Of a stretch of DNA of 64,000 nucleotides, positions 29,905-38,836 are shown one piece after another. Numbering within the stretch: position 1 is the first letter of the stretch; each line of letters starts with the position of its first letter. This DNA is from Kiritimatiellia bacterium (GTDB taxonomy: Bacteria; Verrucomicrobiota; Kiritimatiellia; JAAZAB01), in assembly GCA_040767085.1 (NCBI GenBank), contig JAXGPF010000004.1:160001-224000 (forward strand), in the 5' to 3' direction. The notes beneath the pieces are model-generated. The model worked only from the letters and a program-made list of their open reading frames with translations, made no database searches and had not been told where the DNA came from. The position numbers were made by a program, and so were the translations under genes.

Positions 29905-30816
29905 ATGAAAATCAGCATCATTCTCCACGCCAACTGCGTCGAACAGGGACAGACGATTGACGAGATGTGCGCTTACGCGGTCAAATGGGGTTACGACGGC
30001 ATTGAATTCCGCAGCAAACGGACGGGCGGGGATGAGACGCGCGATAATTACCTGGACGCCATCGCGCGGGCGCGCGACCGGCATGGCCTGCGGGAAGTCT
30101 GCTTTGGCAGTCCCGGGCCCAACTTGATGCAGCCTGATGCCGGTGCCCGCCAAAGGGCGACGGATGAATATGCCGCGTTCCTGCGCACGGCGGCCAGCCG
30201 CCTTGGCGTGAAGGCCGTCAACACCTTTGCCGGCCAACTCTTGAATCCAGCGCCCCATGCGCCTTTAACGGACAGCGCCCTGCACGGCTCCGCCATCGCC
30301 ACCGAGGCGCACTACGCCTGGGCAGCGGAAGGATTCCGCCAACTCGGCCCGGTCGCGGAAGAACTCGGTCTCCGCCTGGCGTTGGAAACCCAGCGCGGTT
30401 ACCTGCACGACACGCCCGCCAGCGCGCTGAAACTCGTGAACCTGATCGGCCACGCCCACGTAGGCATCAATCTCGATTGCGTCTGCATCAGCGGGCAACC
30501 CAATCCGCCCTCCGTGCCGGAAATCCTGGCCATGCTGGCCGGCCACATCTACTATGTCCACCTGCGCAATATCTGCCGCCTGGCAAGCCGCGAGGCGTTG
30601 CGGGTGGGCCTCGGCGACGGGGAGATCAACCACCGGTTGTTGCTGCGGCTGCTCCTACGACAGGGGTATGCGGGACCGCTCTGCATTGAATCCCCGCGCT
30701 CCGGCGATCGCGAGTGGTTTGCCCGGCAGGACATCGCGTATTTGCGGACGGTGCTCGCGGAAATCGACTCCGCCGCCCCTGAAGCTATGACGAACCCGGC
30801 CCGCCCCCGGGGGTAA
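29905..30816 (+). CDS. Sugar phosphate isomerase/epimerase (xylose-isomerase-like TIM barrel)
   Basis: GYDGIE; LRLALET; GINLD; YVHLRN; LGDGEIN; LCIESP. Confidence 0.88.
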   Translation: MKISIILHANCVEQGQTIDEMCAYAVKWGYDGIEFRSKRTGGDETRDNYLDAIARARDRHGLREVCFGSPGPNLMQPDAGARQRATDEYAAFLRTAASRLGVKAVNTFAGQLLNPAPHAPLTDSALHGSAIATEAHYAWAAEGFRQLGPVAEELGLRLALETQRGYLHDTPASALKLVNLIGHAHVGINLDCVCISGQPNPPSVPEILAMLAGHIYYVHLRNICRLASREALRVGLGDGEINHRLLLRLLLRQGYAGPLCIESPRSGDREWFARQDIAYLRTVLAEIDSAAPEAMTNPARPRG

Positions 30817-30843
30817 TCCAGATCGCGCGCGGGGACTTGAATA

Positions 30844-30876
30844 TTGCGCTTGCAGTGCGCAACGTTCAGGTATAAT
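30844..30876 (+). promoter_or_regulatory. Promoter with an inverted-repeat operator upstream of the rhodanese operon
   Basis: TTGCGC-7-GCGCAA at 30844-30862 covers the -35 region; perfect TATAAT at 30871-30876. Confidence 0.5.
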
Positions 30877-30920
30877 CTGGATTGCAGCGAGGATTACCCT
30901 CGCCTTAAAAGGAGAATGCG

Positions 30921-31367
30921 ATGAAAGCATCACGTATGATCGTTGCCTTGTCGGGTATGCTGTTGATGAGCGCCGCCGGATTTGCAGGCGCGGCCGCGGA
31001 GGATGCCCCGGATATCAGCCTGGCTGACTTGAAACAGGCTATGGCCGAAAAGCAGGTGTGCCTGCTGGACTGCAACGGCAGCGCATCTTATGCCAGGGGT
31101 CATATCCCCGGCGCCATTGATTTTGAAGCCCGCCAGGCCGAGCTGGAAAAATTATTGCCCGCGGACAAAGCCGTCCTGGTAGTCGCCTATTGCGGCGGGC
31201 CGAAATGCCTGGCTTACCGGGACGGCGTCGCGGCGGCCGCGAAACTGGGCTACACCAACATCAAGCATTTTTCCGGCGGCCTATCCGGATGGAAACAGGC
31301 TGGCGAAATGCTGGAGCCGGCCGCGCCAAGCGCCGCCACCCAACCCGCCGCGCAGGCCGCGCCATGA
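30921..31367 (+). CDS. Exported rhodanese-like domain protein
   Basis: Signal peptide; GHIPGAI; VAYCGGPKC; GYTNIKHFSGGLSGW. Confidence 0.9.
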   Translation: MKASRMIVALSGMLLMSAAGFAGAAAEDAPDISLADLKQAMAEKQVCLLDCNGSASYARGHIPGAIDFEARQAELEKLLPADKAVLVVAYCGGPKCLAYRDGVAAAAKLGYTNIKHFSGGLSGWKQAGEMLEPAAPSAATQPAAQAAP

Positions 31368-32122
31368 CCGGGCCGTGCGCGCGAATTGCCATCATCACCG
31401 GCGCCACATCCGGCATCGGTGAAGCCACCGCCAGGAAATTTGCCGCCGCCGGGTTCGGCGTGGCCGGCAACGGGCGCAATGCGGCCAAGCTGGCCGCCCT
31501 GGAAAAGGAACTGGGCCAGCTGTTCCATGGCGTAGCGGGTGATGCCTCCGACCCCGCGGTCATTGAAGAACTATTCGCGGCCGCCGAACGCTTCGGCCGC
31601 CCGGCGGACATAGTGGTGGCCAACGCCGGCCGGGGTCTGGGCGGCTCGGTGAAAGACGCCGACTTTGCGCAATTCGAAGACCGGTTGAAACTCAACGTGG
31701 CGGCCGTCCTGGCCCTCCTGCAGCGGGCGGCGCGCGACATGACCGCACGGCAGGCGCAAAACTTCCCGCGGACACCGGCCGACATCGTGGTGATCGGCTC
31801 GGTGGTGGGGCGCCATATCTCCCCCTTCAGCGCGGTTTACGGCGCCACCAAGTTTGCCGTGCATGCCCTGGCCGAGGGACTGCGGCGTGAAATCGGCCCC
31901 AGCGGCGTGCGCGTTTCGCTGGTTGAGCCGGGTATTGTCCTCAGCGGCTTTCAGGACGCGGCCGGCTACACCGCTGAGATGCGGCAGGGCTTTCATGACA
32001 AATTCGGCCCGCTGCTCATCGGCAGCGATGTGGCCGAAGCCATTTACTATATTGTCACCCGCCCGCCCCACATGCACATCAGCGATATTGTGGTGCGTCC
32101 GACGCGCCAGGACTATCCGTAA
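31364..32122 (+). CDS. SDR-family oxidoreductase
   Basis: TGATSGIG; ANAG; YGATK; start at 31364 by ATGA overlap. Confidence 0.92.
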   Translation: MTGPCARIAIITGATSGIGEATARKFAAAGFGVAGNGRNAAKLAALEKELGQLFHGVAGDASDPAVIEELFAAAERFGRPADIVVANAGRGLGGSVKDADFAQFEDRLKLNVAAVLALLQRAARDMTARQAQNFPRTPADIVVIGSVVGRHISPFSAVYGATKFAVHALAEGLRREIGPSGVRVSLVEPGIVLSGFQDAAGYTAEMRQGFHDKFGPLLIGSDVAEAIYYIVTRPPHMHISDIVVRPTRQDYP

Positions 32123-32139
32123 TCGAAAGACCGACAGGT

Positions 32140-33651
32140 ATGCAGCAGATTTTAGTTGGCAAGGGGGAGCGTCCGGTAACGCTGCCGGCCCGCTACGGCA
32201 ACCGCCACGGACTGATCGCAGGCGCCACCGGCACCGGCAAAACCGTCTCATTGATGGTCCTGGCCGAGGGCTTTTCACGGATGGGCGTGCCGGTTTTCAT
32301 GGCCGATGTCAAAGGGGACGTGGCCGGCCTGGCGGCGGCGGGTGCGCCCGGCGAAAAACTCCTGCAGCGGGCGCGGCAGATCGGCGTAAAAAATTACGCC
32401 GGGGAGGCCAATCCTGTGATTTTCTGGGATGTGTTCGGCCGGTCCGGCCACCCGGTGCGGACGACGGTCAGCGAAATCGGCCCCAGTCTGCTGGCGCGTA
32501 TCCTGGGAATCAACGAAGTCCAGTCGGGCATGCTGGAAATCGCCTTTAAACTCGCGGATGACCAGGGTTGGCTGCTGCTCGACCTGGACGACCTGCGCGC
32601 CCTGCTGGGCTATGTCGCCGACCACCGCAGTGAAATTTCCCGGCAATACGGACTGATCAGCGCGCCCTCCATCGCCGCCGTCCAGCGTTCGCTGCTGACC
32701 CTGCAACGCGAAGGCGGGGCAGCCTTCCTGGGCGAGCCGGCGCTGGAACTGGGCGATTTGATGCGCACCGATCTCAGCGGGCGCGGCGTCATCAGCATCC
32801 TGGCCGCCGACCAGCTGATTTTGCGGCCGCGATTGTATTCCAGCCTGCTGCTGTGGCTGCTTTCCGAATTGTTTGAGAACCTGCCGGAAGTGGGCGATCC
32901 CGAACAGCCGCGCCTGGTGTTTTTCTTCGACGAAGCCCACCTGCTCTTCGACGATGCCCCGGCCATGCTGCGCCAGCGCGTCGAGCAAGTTGTGCGCATC
33001 ATCCGCTCCAAGGGCGTCGGCGTGTATTTTTGTTCGCAATTGCCGGATGATATCCCGGGTGAAATCCTCGGCCAGCTCGGCAACCGCATCCAGCACGCCC
33101 TGCGCGCTTTCACGCCGCGCGATCAGAAAGCCGTCAAAACCGCGGCTGAAACCTTCGCTGTCAATCCGGGACTGGACGCCGCCGCGGCCATCACGCAACT
33201 GGGCGTCGGCGAGGCCCTGGTCTCCACCCTGCAGGAAAAAGGCATTCCCCTGCCGGTGGAACGAGCCTTGATCAGTCCGCCGCGCTGCCGCATGGGCGCG
33301 ATTACCCCCGAGGAACGCGCCGCCATCCGCGCCCGCAGCCCGGTGGGCGCCAAATACGATCAACCCGTCAACCGGGAATCGGCCTACGAAATTCTGGCGC
33401 GCCGGGCCATGCAAGGCAGCCCGGCCCCGGAGCCGGTAATGCCGCCGGCGCCGCGGCCGGACCGGGCTCCGCCTGCCCAGCCGGACGGCGGTCGGGGCAA
33501 ATTCGGCGAAATGCTCTGGGGCACCAAGCGCCGCCAGGGGATGGTGGAAACGCTGGCGAAACAGACGGCGCGCACTGTGGGCAGCCAGCTTGGCCGGCAA
33601 ATTCTGCGGGGCTTGCTGGGCGGCATACTGGGTGGCGCCCGCCGCCGCTAG
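32140..33651 (+). CDS. HerA-like ATPase (DUF853/YjgR family)
   Basis: NRHGLIAGATGTGKT; FFDEAHLLF; IRSKGVGVYF; IQHALRAFTPRDQKAV. Confidence 0.93.
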   Translation: MQQILVGKGERPVTLPARYGNRHGLIAGATGTGKTVSLMVLAEGFSRMGVPVFMADVKGDVAGLAAAGAPGEKLLQRARQIGVKNYAGEANPVIFWDVFGRSGHPVRTTVSEIGPSLLARILGINEVQSGMLEIAFKLADDQGWLLLDLDDLRALLGYVADHRSEISRQYGLISAPSIAAVQRSLLTLQREGGAAFLGEPALELGDLMRTDLSGRGVISILAADQLILRPRLYSSLLLWLLSELFENLPEVGDPEQPRLVFFFDEAHLLFDDAPAMLRQRVEQVVRIIRSKGVGVYFCSQLPDDIPGEILGQLGNRIQHALRAFTPRDQKAVKTAAETFAVNPGLDAAAAITQLGVGEALVSTLQEKGIPLPVERALISPPRCRMGAITPEERAAIRARSPVGAKYDQPVNRESAYEILARRAMQGSPAPEPVMPPAPRPDRAPPAQPDGGRGKFGEMLWGTKRRQGMVETLAKQTARTVGSQLGRQILRGLLGGILGGARRR

Positions 33652-33667
33652 CGCCGCCAGTTTGTGG

Positions 33668-33696
33668 TTGCAAAAAGAAGCGGCTTCGGATAGTTT
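33668..33696 (+). promoter_or_regulatory. Sigma70-type promoter of the desulforedoxin-like gene pair
   Basis: TTGCAA-17 nt-TAGTTT. Confidence 0.4.
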
Positions 33697-33755
33697 TACA
33701 CTGTTGCCGGCCATGGCGACCGGCATGATTGGTTTCAGACGGGAGCATGATCGAA

Positions 33756-33965
33756 ATGAGCAAACAACCTGAATCACCGCCGCCGGAATGGGAACTCGGC
33801 GACTGGGAGGCGGCCCTGACGATCAATGTCGGCACGGCTTACGTTTGCCGCCAATGCGGCAATCTGGTCATGGTAACTCGCGGCGGCGTCGGCACCCTGG
33901 ACCTGGTCTGTTGCGGCGCCCCCATGGAAAAGATTGAAAAAACGCCGGCAGGAGGAACAGCCTGA
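33756..33965 (+). CDS. Desulforedoxin-like FeS4-binding small protein
   Basis: YVCRQCGNLVMV...LVCCGAPMEKI. Confidence 0.8.
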   Translation: MSKQPESPPPEWELGDWEAALTINVGTAYVCRQCGNLVMVTRGGVGTLDLVCCGAPMEKIEKTPAGGTA

Positions 33966-34213
33966 TGCCAGCCGCCAAACCCAGGGGAGCCATTTACGTC
34001 TGCCCGGTCTGCGGCGCCGAAATTATCGTGCTGGCGCCGTGCCAGGGCTGTTTCGCCCCACGCTGCTGCAACCAGCCCATGGAAATACGCCCGCAGCGTG
34101 TCAAATTCTACGTCTGCCCGGTCTGCGGCTCTGAAATCGCGGCGCTGCACCAGGCGCGCTCCGTCAATTTTCATCCCCGCTGCTGCGGCCAGGACATGCA
34201 ACCGGCGGCGTGA
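33965..34213 (+). CDS. Protein with two tandem desulforedoxin-like domains
   Basis: Two YVCPVCG...PRCC..[PD]M units; TGATG overlap with the upstream gene. Confidence 0.8.
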   Translation: MPAAKPRGAIYVCPVCGAEIIVLAPCQGCFAPRCCNQPMEIRPQRVKFYVCPVCGSEIAALHQARSVNFHPRCCGQDMQPAA

Positions 34214-34251
34214 CGGGACGCGTCCGCCTCGCGCGCGGCGTCGGTTGGCGG

Positions 34252-34659
34252 TTATTCCACGGATACGACCACCCGGAAAACACTGCCCGGATCGGCGTTG
34301 CCGGCCTGTCGGTAAGTCATCACAATCTCGGTTTGCCCGCGCTGAACAGCTTCGAAAACCGTGTAATACCGCCCACCGGTGCCGACCTTGCCCCCGCTGT
34401 CATCCGCCGCATATCGCGGGCCTTCCATCCGCGCGACCACGGCGGCATCGTAGGCCCCAACCTCCCAGCGGTACCCGGTGGTGGGATTGCCGGTCAGACA
34501 TATTTCCAATTCCTCCCCGCGTTCCAGACGCACCGCGGCGCCGTTGTCAGCTTCAGTGACACACTGTCCGCCCCGGTGTGACTCGCACCCGCCGGCCCAC
34601 CCAGCCAGAATTAAAGCCGCCGCCGCACCGCCCCAACCCGCCAATCGCCATGCTTGCAT
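34252..34659 (-). CDS. Protease inhibitor I42 (chagasin family) lipoprotein
   Basis: LTGNPTTGYRW; VGTGG; signal peptide ending AGGC. Confidence 0.88.
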   Translation of the reverse strand: MQAWRLAGWGGAAAALILAGWAGGCESHRGGQCVTEADNGAAVRLERGEELEICLTGNPTTGYRWEVGAYDAAVVARMEGPRYAADDSGGKVGTGGRYYTVFEAVQRGQTEIVMTYRQAGNADPGSVFRVVVSVE

Positions 34660-34805
34660 GCCATCCCCCTTGTTTTCCTGAATGAATCTACCTCCCGGCC
34701 CGGCCTGCACCCGGCGTCCTGCGCGCGCCGGAAATTGCCAGCTTGACTCGCATAGCCGATTCCGGTACAAGTTACAAAGCGCCGTAAGCCGTTGCCGGGC
34801 AAATT

Positions 34806-35501
34806 ATGAATATCAAGCCGCATGATTTCTGGTACGCCGTAAACAACACGGAGATCGTGTTGATGCCGCACAATCCCCTGGAAACGTTCGGCGTCACCAA
34901 CCTGCGTTACTACATGGTCAGCGAATTGATGGACACCGTCAACCAGGTGCGGGTGCGGGAAGGCACCATTCAATCGCATCGGCCGCAGATCGTCACGCCG
35001 GCTTACTACGAGTCCGAAATCGCCGAAGGCTTCGGCGAACAAGCCCGACAATACGCGGAATGGCTGCGGCAGCACGCCCGCGATTTGCGCATTCTCCAAT
35101 ACGGCTTCAAAGTCCAGAAAACCGAGTTGAACGAACATATCATCTCCGCCCCGCCGCCCGCGGTTATTGAACAGATCAAGAAAAGCATCGCCGAAAAAGA
35201 TGACAAACTGGCCGGCATCATCTACGGCGTGGATCAGCCATGGGATGTCTGCCTGATCAAATTCATGGTGGACGTCATCCGCCAGTCGGCGCCGCTGAAT
35301 TTCCAGGAATTGCATCAACGGCATTTGCTCGACGATGCCAACGGCGTGCCGAAGGCGGTCCGGCAGGAGGTCGAGCGCCTTTTCCTGGCCGCCAGCCGCG
35401 ATTCTTCCCAAATCAAGCCCCTGGCCGGTTACCTGCGCAAACACGGCCTGTTTGGGGAATACGAAGACCGGTTTTTCGCATTGGTGCAGCAAGGCCGTTA
35501 A
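34806..35501 (+). CDS. Conserved hypothetical cytoplasmic protein
   Basis: Strong coding bias; DFWYAVNNT...LETFG...ELMD..QVRVREG...YEDRFF; TTGACT-17-TACAAG upstream. Confidence 0.8.
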   Translation: MNIKPHDFWYAVNNTEIVLMPHNPLETFGVTNLRYYMVSELMDTVNQVRVREGTIQSHRPQIVTPAYYESEIAEGFGEQARQYAEWLRQHARDLRILQYGFKVQKTELNEHIISAPPPAVIEQIKKSIAEKDDKLAGIIYGVDQPWDVCLIKFMVDVIRQSAPLNFQELHQRHLLDDANGVPKAVRQEVERLFLAASRDSSQIKPLAGYLRKHGLFGEYEDRFFALVQQGR

Positions 35502-35510
35502 GGCCGCCAG

Positions 35511-35693
35511 TCAACGCCCCCCCGCCCCCCAACCGGCCAGAAATCCCAGGATGCCCCAGATCGCCGGCGCCAGGTACGGATTGCCGGTCAAGGGGCAACC
35601 GCCGCCCCGGCACCCGACAAACCGGTAGAGGGCCCAACCCAGCAGTGCTCCCAGCACACCGCCGATCACTGCGCGCAACCATGCGTGATGCAT
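35511..35693 (-). CDS. Small membrane protein, DUF6132-like
   Basis: Two TM segments around GCRGGGCPLTGNP; AGAGGA RBS. Confidence 0.75.
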   Translation of the reverse strand: MHHAWLRAVIGGVLGALLGWALYRFVGCRGGGCPLTGNPYLAPAIWGILGFLAGWGAGGR

Positions 35694-35923
35694 ATTTCAT
35701 CCTCCTATTCGGCAGCATATTCCCTGCGCCATGGAAAAACAATTCATTTCGTCGCCGCTGGTGAAAAAGAGACTGATTTCACCTTCGTCCCTGTTTTCGC
35801 TTTTGCGCTCCCGTATCAGTTTATTTTACTGGCATTTGATCCGGACAAGTGTTATTTTTAAGCGCGCGTGGAGTGCTGTGCTATCTGAATCATCTTATAG
35901 CAAGCAGGTTATGAACGACGAAA

Positions 35924-38833
35924 ATGCCGGCCGCCCTTCATCCCGGACAGCCGGATTGCCGGACTTCATTATCAAGCCGCGCCCGCGACGCAAGGATAAA
36001 AGTGCACAGTCCATCGTTATGCCGGCTGTTATTGAGCAGATGCCCGCTGTGGCTGGCGTTGCCGGCTTGCCTCAGCCTCAGCCTGCCGGTCGCAGCTCCA
36101 TGCCAGGCAGAAGTCATCCATGAAGCGACGGTGACCTTCAGCGATGCCGCCCACCCGCCGCTGGTTTTCCATGATGCCGAAGGGCAGCTTCGCGGCATCC
36201 TGCCGGACCAATGGATGCTCTGGTCGAAAAAAACTGGCATCAAGGTGAATTTTCGGACGCTGCCCGCCGGGGAGGACCGCCGCGGCATCCAGGAAGGCCG
36301 CGCGGATATCATTGAAGCCGTAGTGCACGGCGATGAATACACCGGGCATTACGTATTGCGGCCGCACACCCGGATCAATCTGCCGGTTTACACGCACAAA
36401 TCGCTCAGCGGCATCGCCGACGTGGCATCGCTGAAAAATTTCGCCATCGGCGTCAAGGCCGGTGACGCCACGGGGCGCCACCTGGCCAGCCGGGGTGTGG
36501 TCAACCTGCGGGAATACCCGGGTTACGAAGACGTGATACTGGCCGCCAAGCGCGGGGAGATCATGGTGTTCGCCATGAGCGAATTGCCCATGATCTATTT
36601 CCTCTGCAAACACGGCCTGGCGCGCGACTTTCACCATGCCTTCACGCTTTGCGCGGTTGACATGCAGCGGGGTGTCGCCCGACGCAACCCGCGCCTGGCG
36701 CAACTGGTGGAAAGCGGCTTCAAGCAATTTTCCAGCACGGAATACAAGGCCATCGAACGGAAATGGCGCGGCGCGCCGTTCCTGCTGGCGGCTTTCATCC
36801 GGCACTGGTGGCTCTGGATTGCCGGCGCCAGCGCGGTCGTGCTGGCGCTGGCCTTAAGCAATCTGATCCTGGCGCGCCACGCGCGCCATAAGTCGGCGGC
36901 GCTGCTGGCCACCCGCGGGCATTTCACGATCATGTGCGATTTGATCAACGACGCGCTGCTGGAACTGGAGCCCGCCACTGGCGCCATCATCAATGTTAAC
37001 CGCAGCATGTGCGAGATGTTCGGATACGCCGCCCCCAGAGACGTTGCGGCCGCGGGACTGGCAGCCTTGAGTTCCGGCAAACCGTCCTACACCCTGAACG
37101 ACCTGCAGGAATGGATCCGCAAGGCGTCCGCAGAGGGGCCGCAGGTTTTCGAGTGGCAGGCGCGGCACCGCAAGGGATACTTTTTCTGGGTGGAAGTCCA
37201 TATGCGCCGGGCGCAAAGCGGCGCGAGCGACCGCCTGTTTGTTTCCGCGCACAATATCACTCAACACCGCCGCGCGGCGCAGGAGTTGGCCCTGGCGTTG
37301 CATCGCTACAGCCTGTTGGAAAAGCAGCACCGGATCGTCACCTGGTCGCTTGACCGCCTGGGGATATACACCAACCTGGGCACGGAAGTCGAGGAAGTCT
37401 GGAAATACCGACCGGAGGAACTGGTCGGGAAAACCTATTTTTACGAATTGCATCCCGCGGAAGGCCGCACCGCCTTCCAAACGCGGGTGTCGGGCAATCT
37501 CGCCCACGGGCAGCCATTCCGCAACCTGGTCCATCCCTTGACCGCCAAGTCGGGCGAAATCATCTGGCTCTCTTCCACCGGCATTCCGCTGTTGGACGAC
37601 CAGGGCCAGGTCACCGGCGCCTGGGGCACCAGCGCCGACATCACGGAACTGAAACGCGCGGAATCCGAAAACGCCACCATCCAGGAACGCTTGAAGAACG
37701 TGCAAAAGTTCGAGTCCATCGGACGTTTTGCCGGCGCCGTCGCGCATGATTTCAACAACATGCTCCAGGGCATCCTGGGCTATACGGACCTGGCGTTGGA
37801 GCAGGTTCCCGCCGGCCAGCCGCTGCGCGCCGACTTGGAGGAAATCCAGAAAACCGCCCGCCGCGCCACCCAATTGACGGGCCAGCTCCAGACCTTTGCC
37901 CGCAGCCAGTCCGTCGTCCCGAAAACATTTGTTTTGAACGCGGCGCTGGAAAACATGACCGGCATGCTCCACCGCCTGCTGGGCGATCGAATCCAACTGA
38001 TCTGGAAACCCGGCGGGCGGGCCGATGCCATCCGGATGGATCCCGGCCAATTGGAACAGATCATGACCAACCTGTGTTCCAACGCCCGCGACGCCATCGA
38101 GCAATCCGGCCGGGTGGTGATCGAAACGGAGAGGGTGGACATCGCTTCCGCGGAAACGGGGCGGCATGCCGGAATCGCGGCCGGCCAGTACATGCTGCTT
38201 GCCGTGCGCGATGACGGAACCGGCATGCCTCCAGAAGTCCGCGACCGCGTTTTCGAGCCGTTTTTCACCACCAAAACCCGCAGCCGGGGCGCGGGCCTGG
38301 GCCTGGCGACGGTTTACAGCATTGTCGCCCAGAATGGCGGCCATATCAGCATGGAAAGCGCGCCCGACCGCGGGACTTTGTGCAAAATATATCTGCCCCG
38401 TTGCGCGCCGGATCATGCCGCTGCTGAAAAGCGCGCCGCCCAGCCCGCACCGGTGGCAGCCGCGCATTACTGCGTGCTGCTGGTGGATGATGAAGAACCG
38501 GTGTTGTGCACCACCCAGCGGATATTGGAACACATGGGCTGCCGGGTCTGGACGGCCAATTCCGCCCGCGCCGCCCTGGCCTTGTTCCAGGAACACCGCG
38601 ACCGGATCCAACTGCTCATCACCGACGTGATGATGCCCGAAATGAACGGCCCGGAACTGGTGCGCCAACTGCGGAAACAAAATCCGCAATTGAAATACCT
38701 TTATATCTCCGGGCACAGCGTCAATTTCCTGGCCGAACAGGGCGTGAACGGCAACGCCGAGAATTTCATTCAGAAACCGTTTAACCAGCAAACGCTGGCT
38801 GAGAAAGTGCACGCGTGCCTCGCCCAGGCGTAG
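35924..38833 (+). CDS. Hybrid sensor histidine kinase (periplasmic binding domain, two PAS, HisKA/HATPase, receiver)
   Basis: AHDFNNML; NLCSNARDA; FEPFFTTK; GLGLA; LVDDE; TDVMMP. Real start is probably downstream of 35924. Confidence 0.92.
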   Translation: MPAALHPGQPDCRTSLSSRARDARIKVHSPSLCRLLLSRCPLWLALPACLSLSLPVAAPCQAEVIHEATVTFSDAAHPPLVFHDAEGQLRGILPDQWMLWSKKTGIKVNFRTLPAGEDRRGIQEGRADIIEAVVHGDEYTGHYVLRPHTRINLPVYTHKSLSGIADVASLKNFAIGVKAGDATGRHLASRGVVNLREYPGYEDVILAAKRGEIMVFAMSELPMIYFLCKHGLARDFHHAFTLCAVDMQRGVARRNPRLAQLVESGFKQFSSTEYKAIERKWRGAPFLLAAFIRHWWLWIAGASAVVLALALSNLILARHARHKSAALLATRGHFTIMCDLINDALLELEPATGAIINVNRSMCEMFGYAAPRDVAAAGLAALSSGKPSYTLNDLQEWIRKASAEGPQVFEWQARHRKGYFFWVEVHMRRAQSGASDRLFVSAHNITQHRRAAQELALALHRYSLLEKQHRIVTWSLDRLGIYTNLGTEVEEVWKYRPEELVGKTYFYELHPAEGRTAFQTRVSGNLAHGQPFRNLVHPLTAKSGEIIWLSSTGIPLLDDQGQVTGAWGTSADITELKRAESENATIQERLKNVQKFESIGRFAGAVAHDFNNMLQGILGYTDLALEQVPAGQPLRADLEEIQKTARRATQLTGQLQTFARSQSVVPKTFVLNAALENMTGMLHRLLGDRIQLIWKPGGRADAIRMDPGQLEQIMTNLCSNARDAIEQSGRVVIETERVDIASAETGRHAGIAAGQYMLLAVRDDGTGMPPEVRDRVFEPFFTTKTRSRGAGLGLATVYSIVAQNGGHISMESAPDRGTLCKIYLPRCAPDHAAAEKRAAQPAPVAAAHYCVLLVDDEEPVLCTTQRILEHMGCRVWTANSARAALALFQEHRDRIQLLITDVMMPEMNGPELVRQLRKQNPQLKYLYISGHSVNFLAEQGVNGNAENFIQKPFNQQTLAEKVHACLAQA

Positions 38834-38836
38834 CGC

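Noticed and set aside
32140..33651. HerA-type anti-phage defence system
   Set aside because: Motifs match the widespread DUF853/YjgR family; no NurA, SIR2 or nuclease partner is adjacent.
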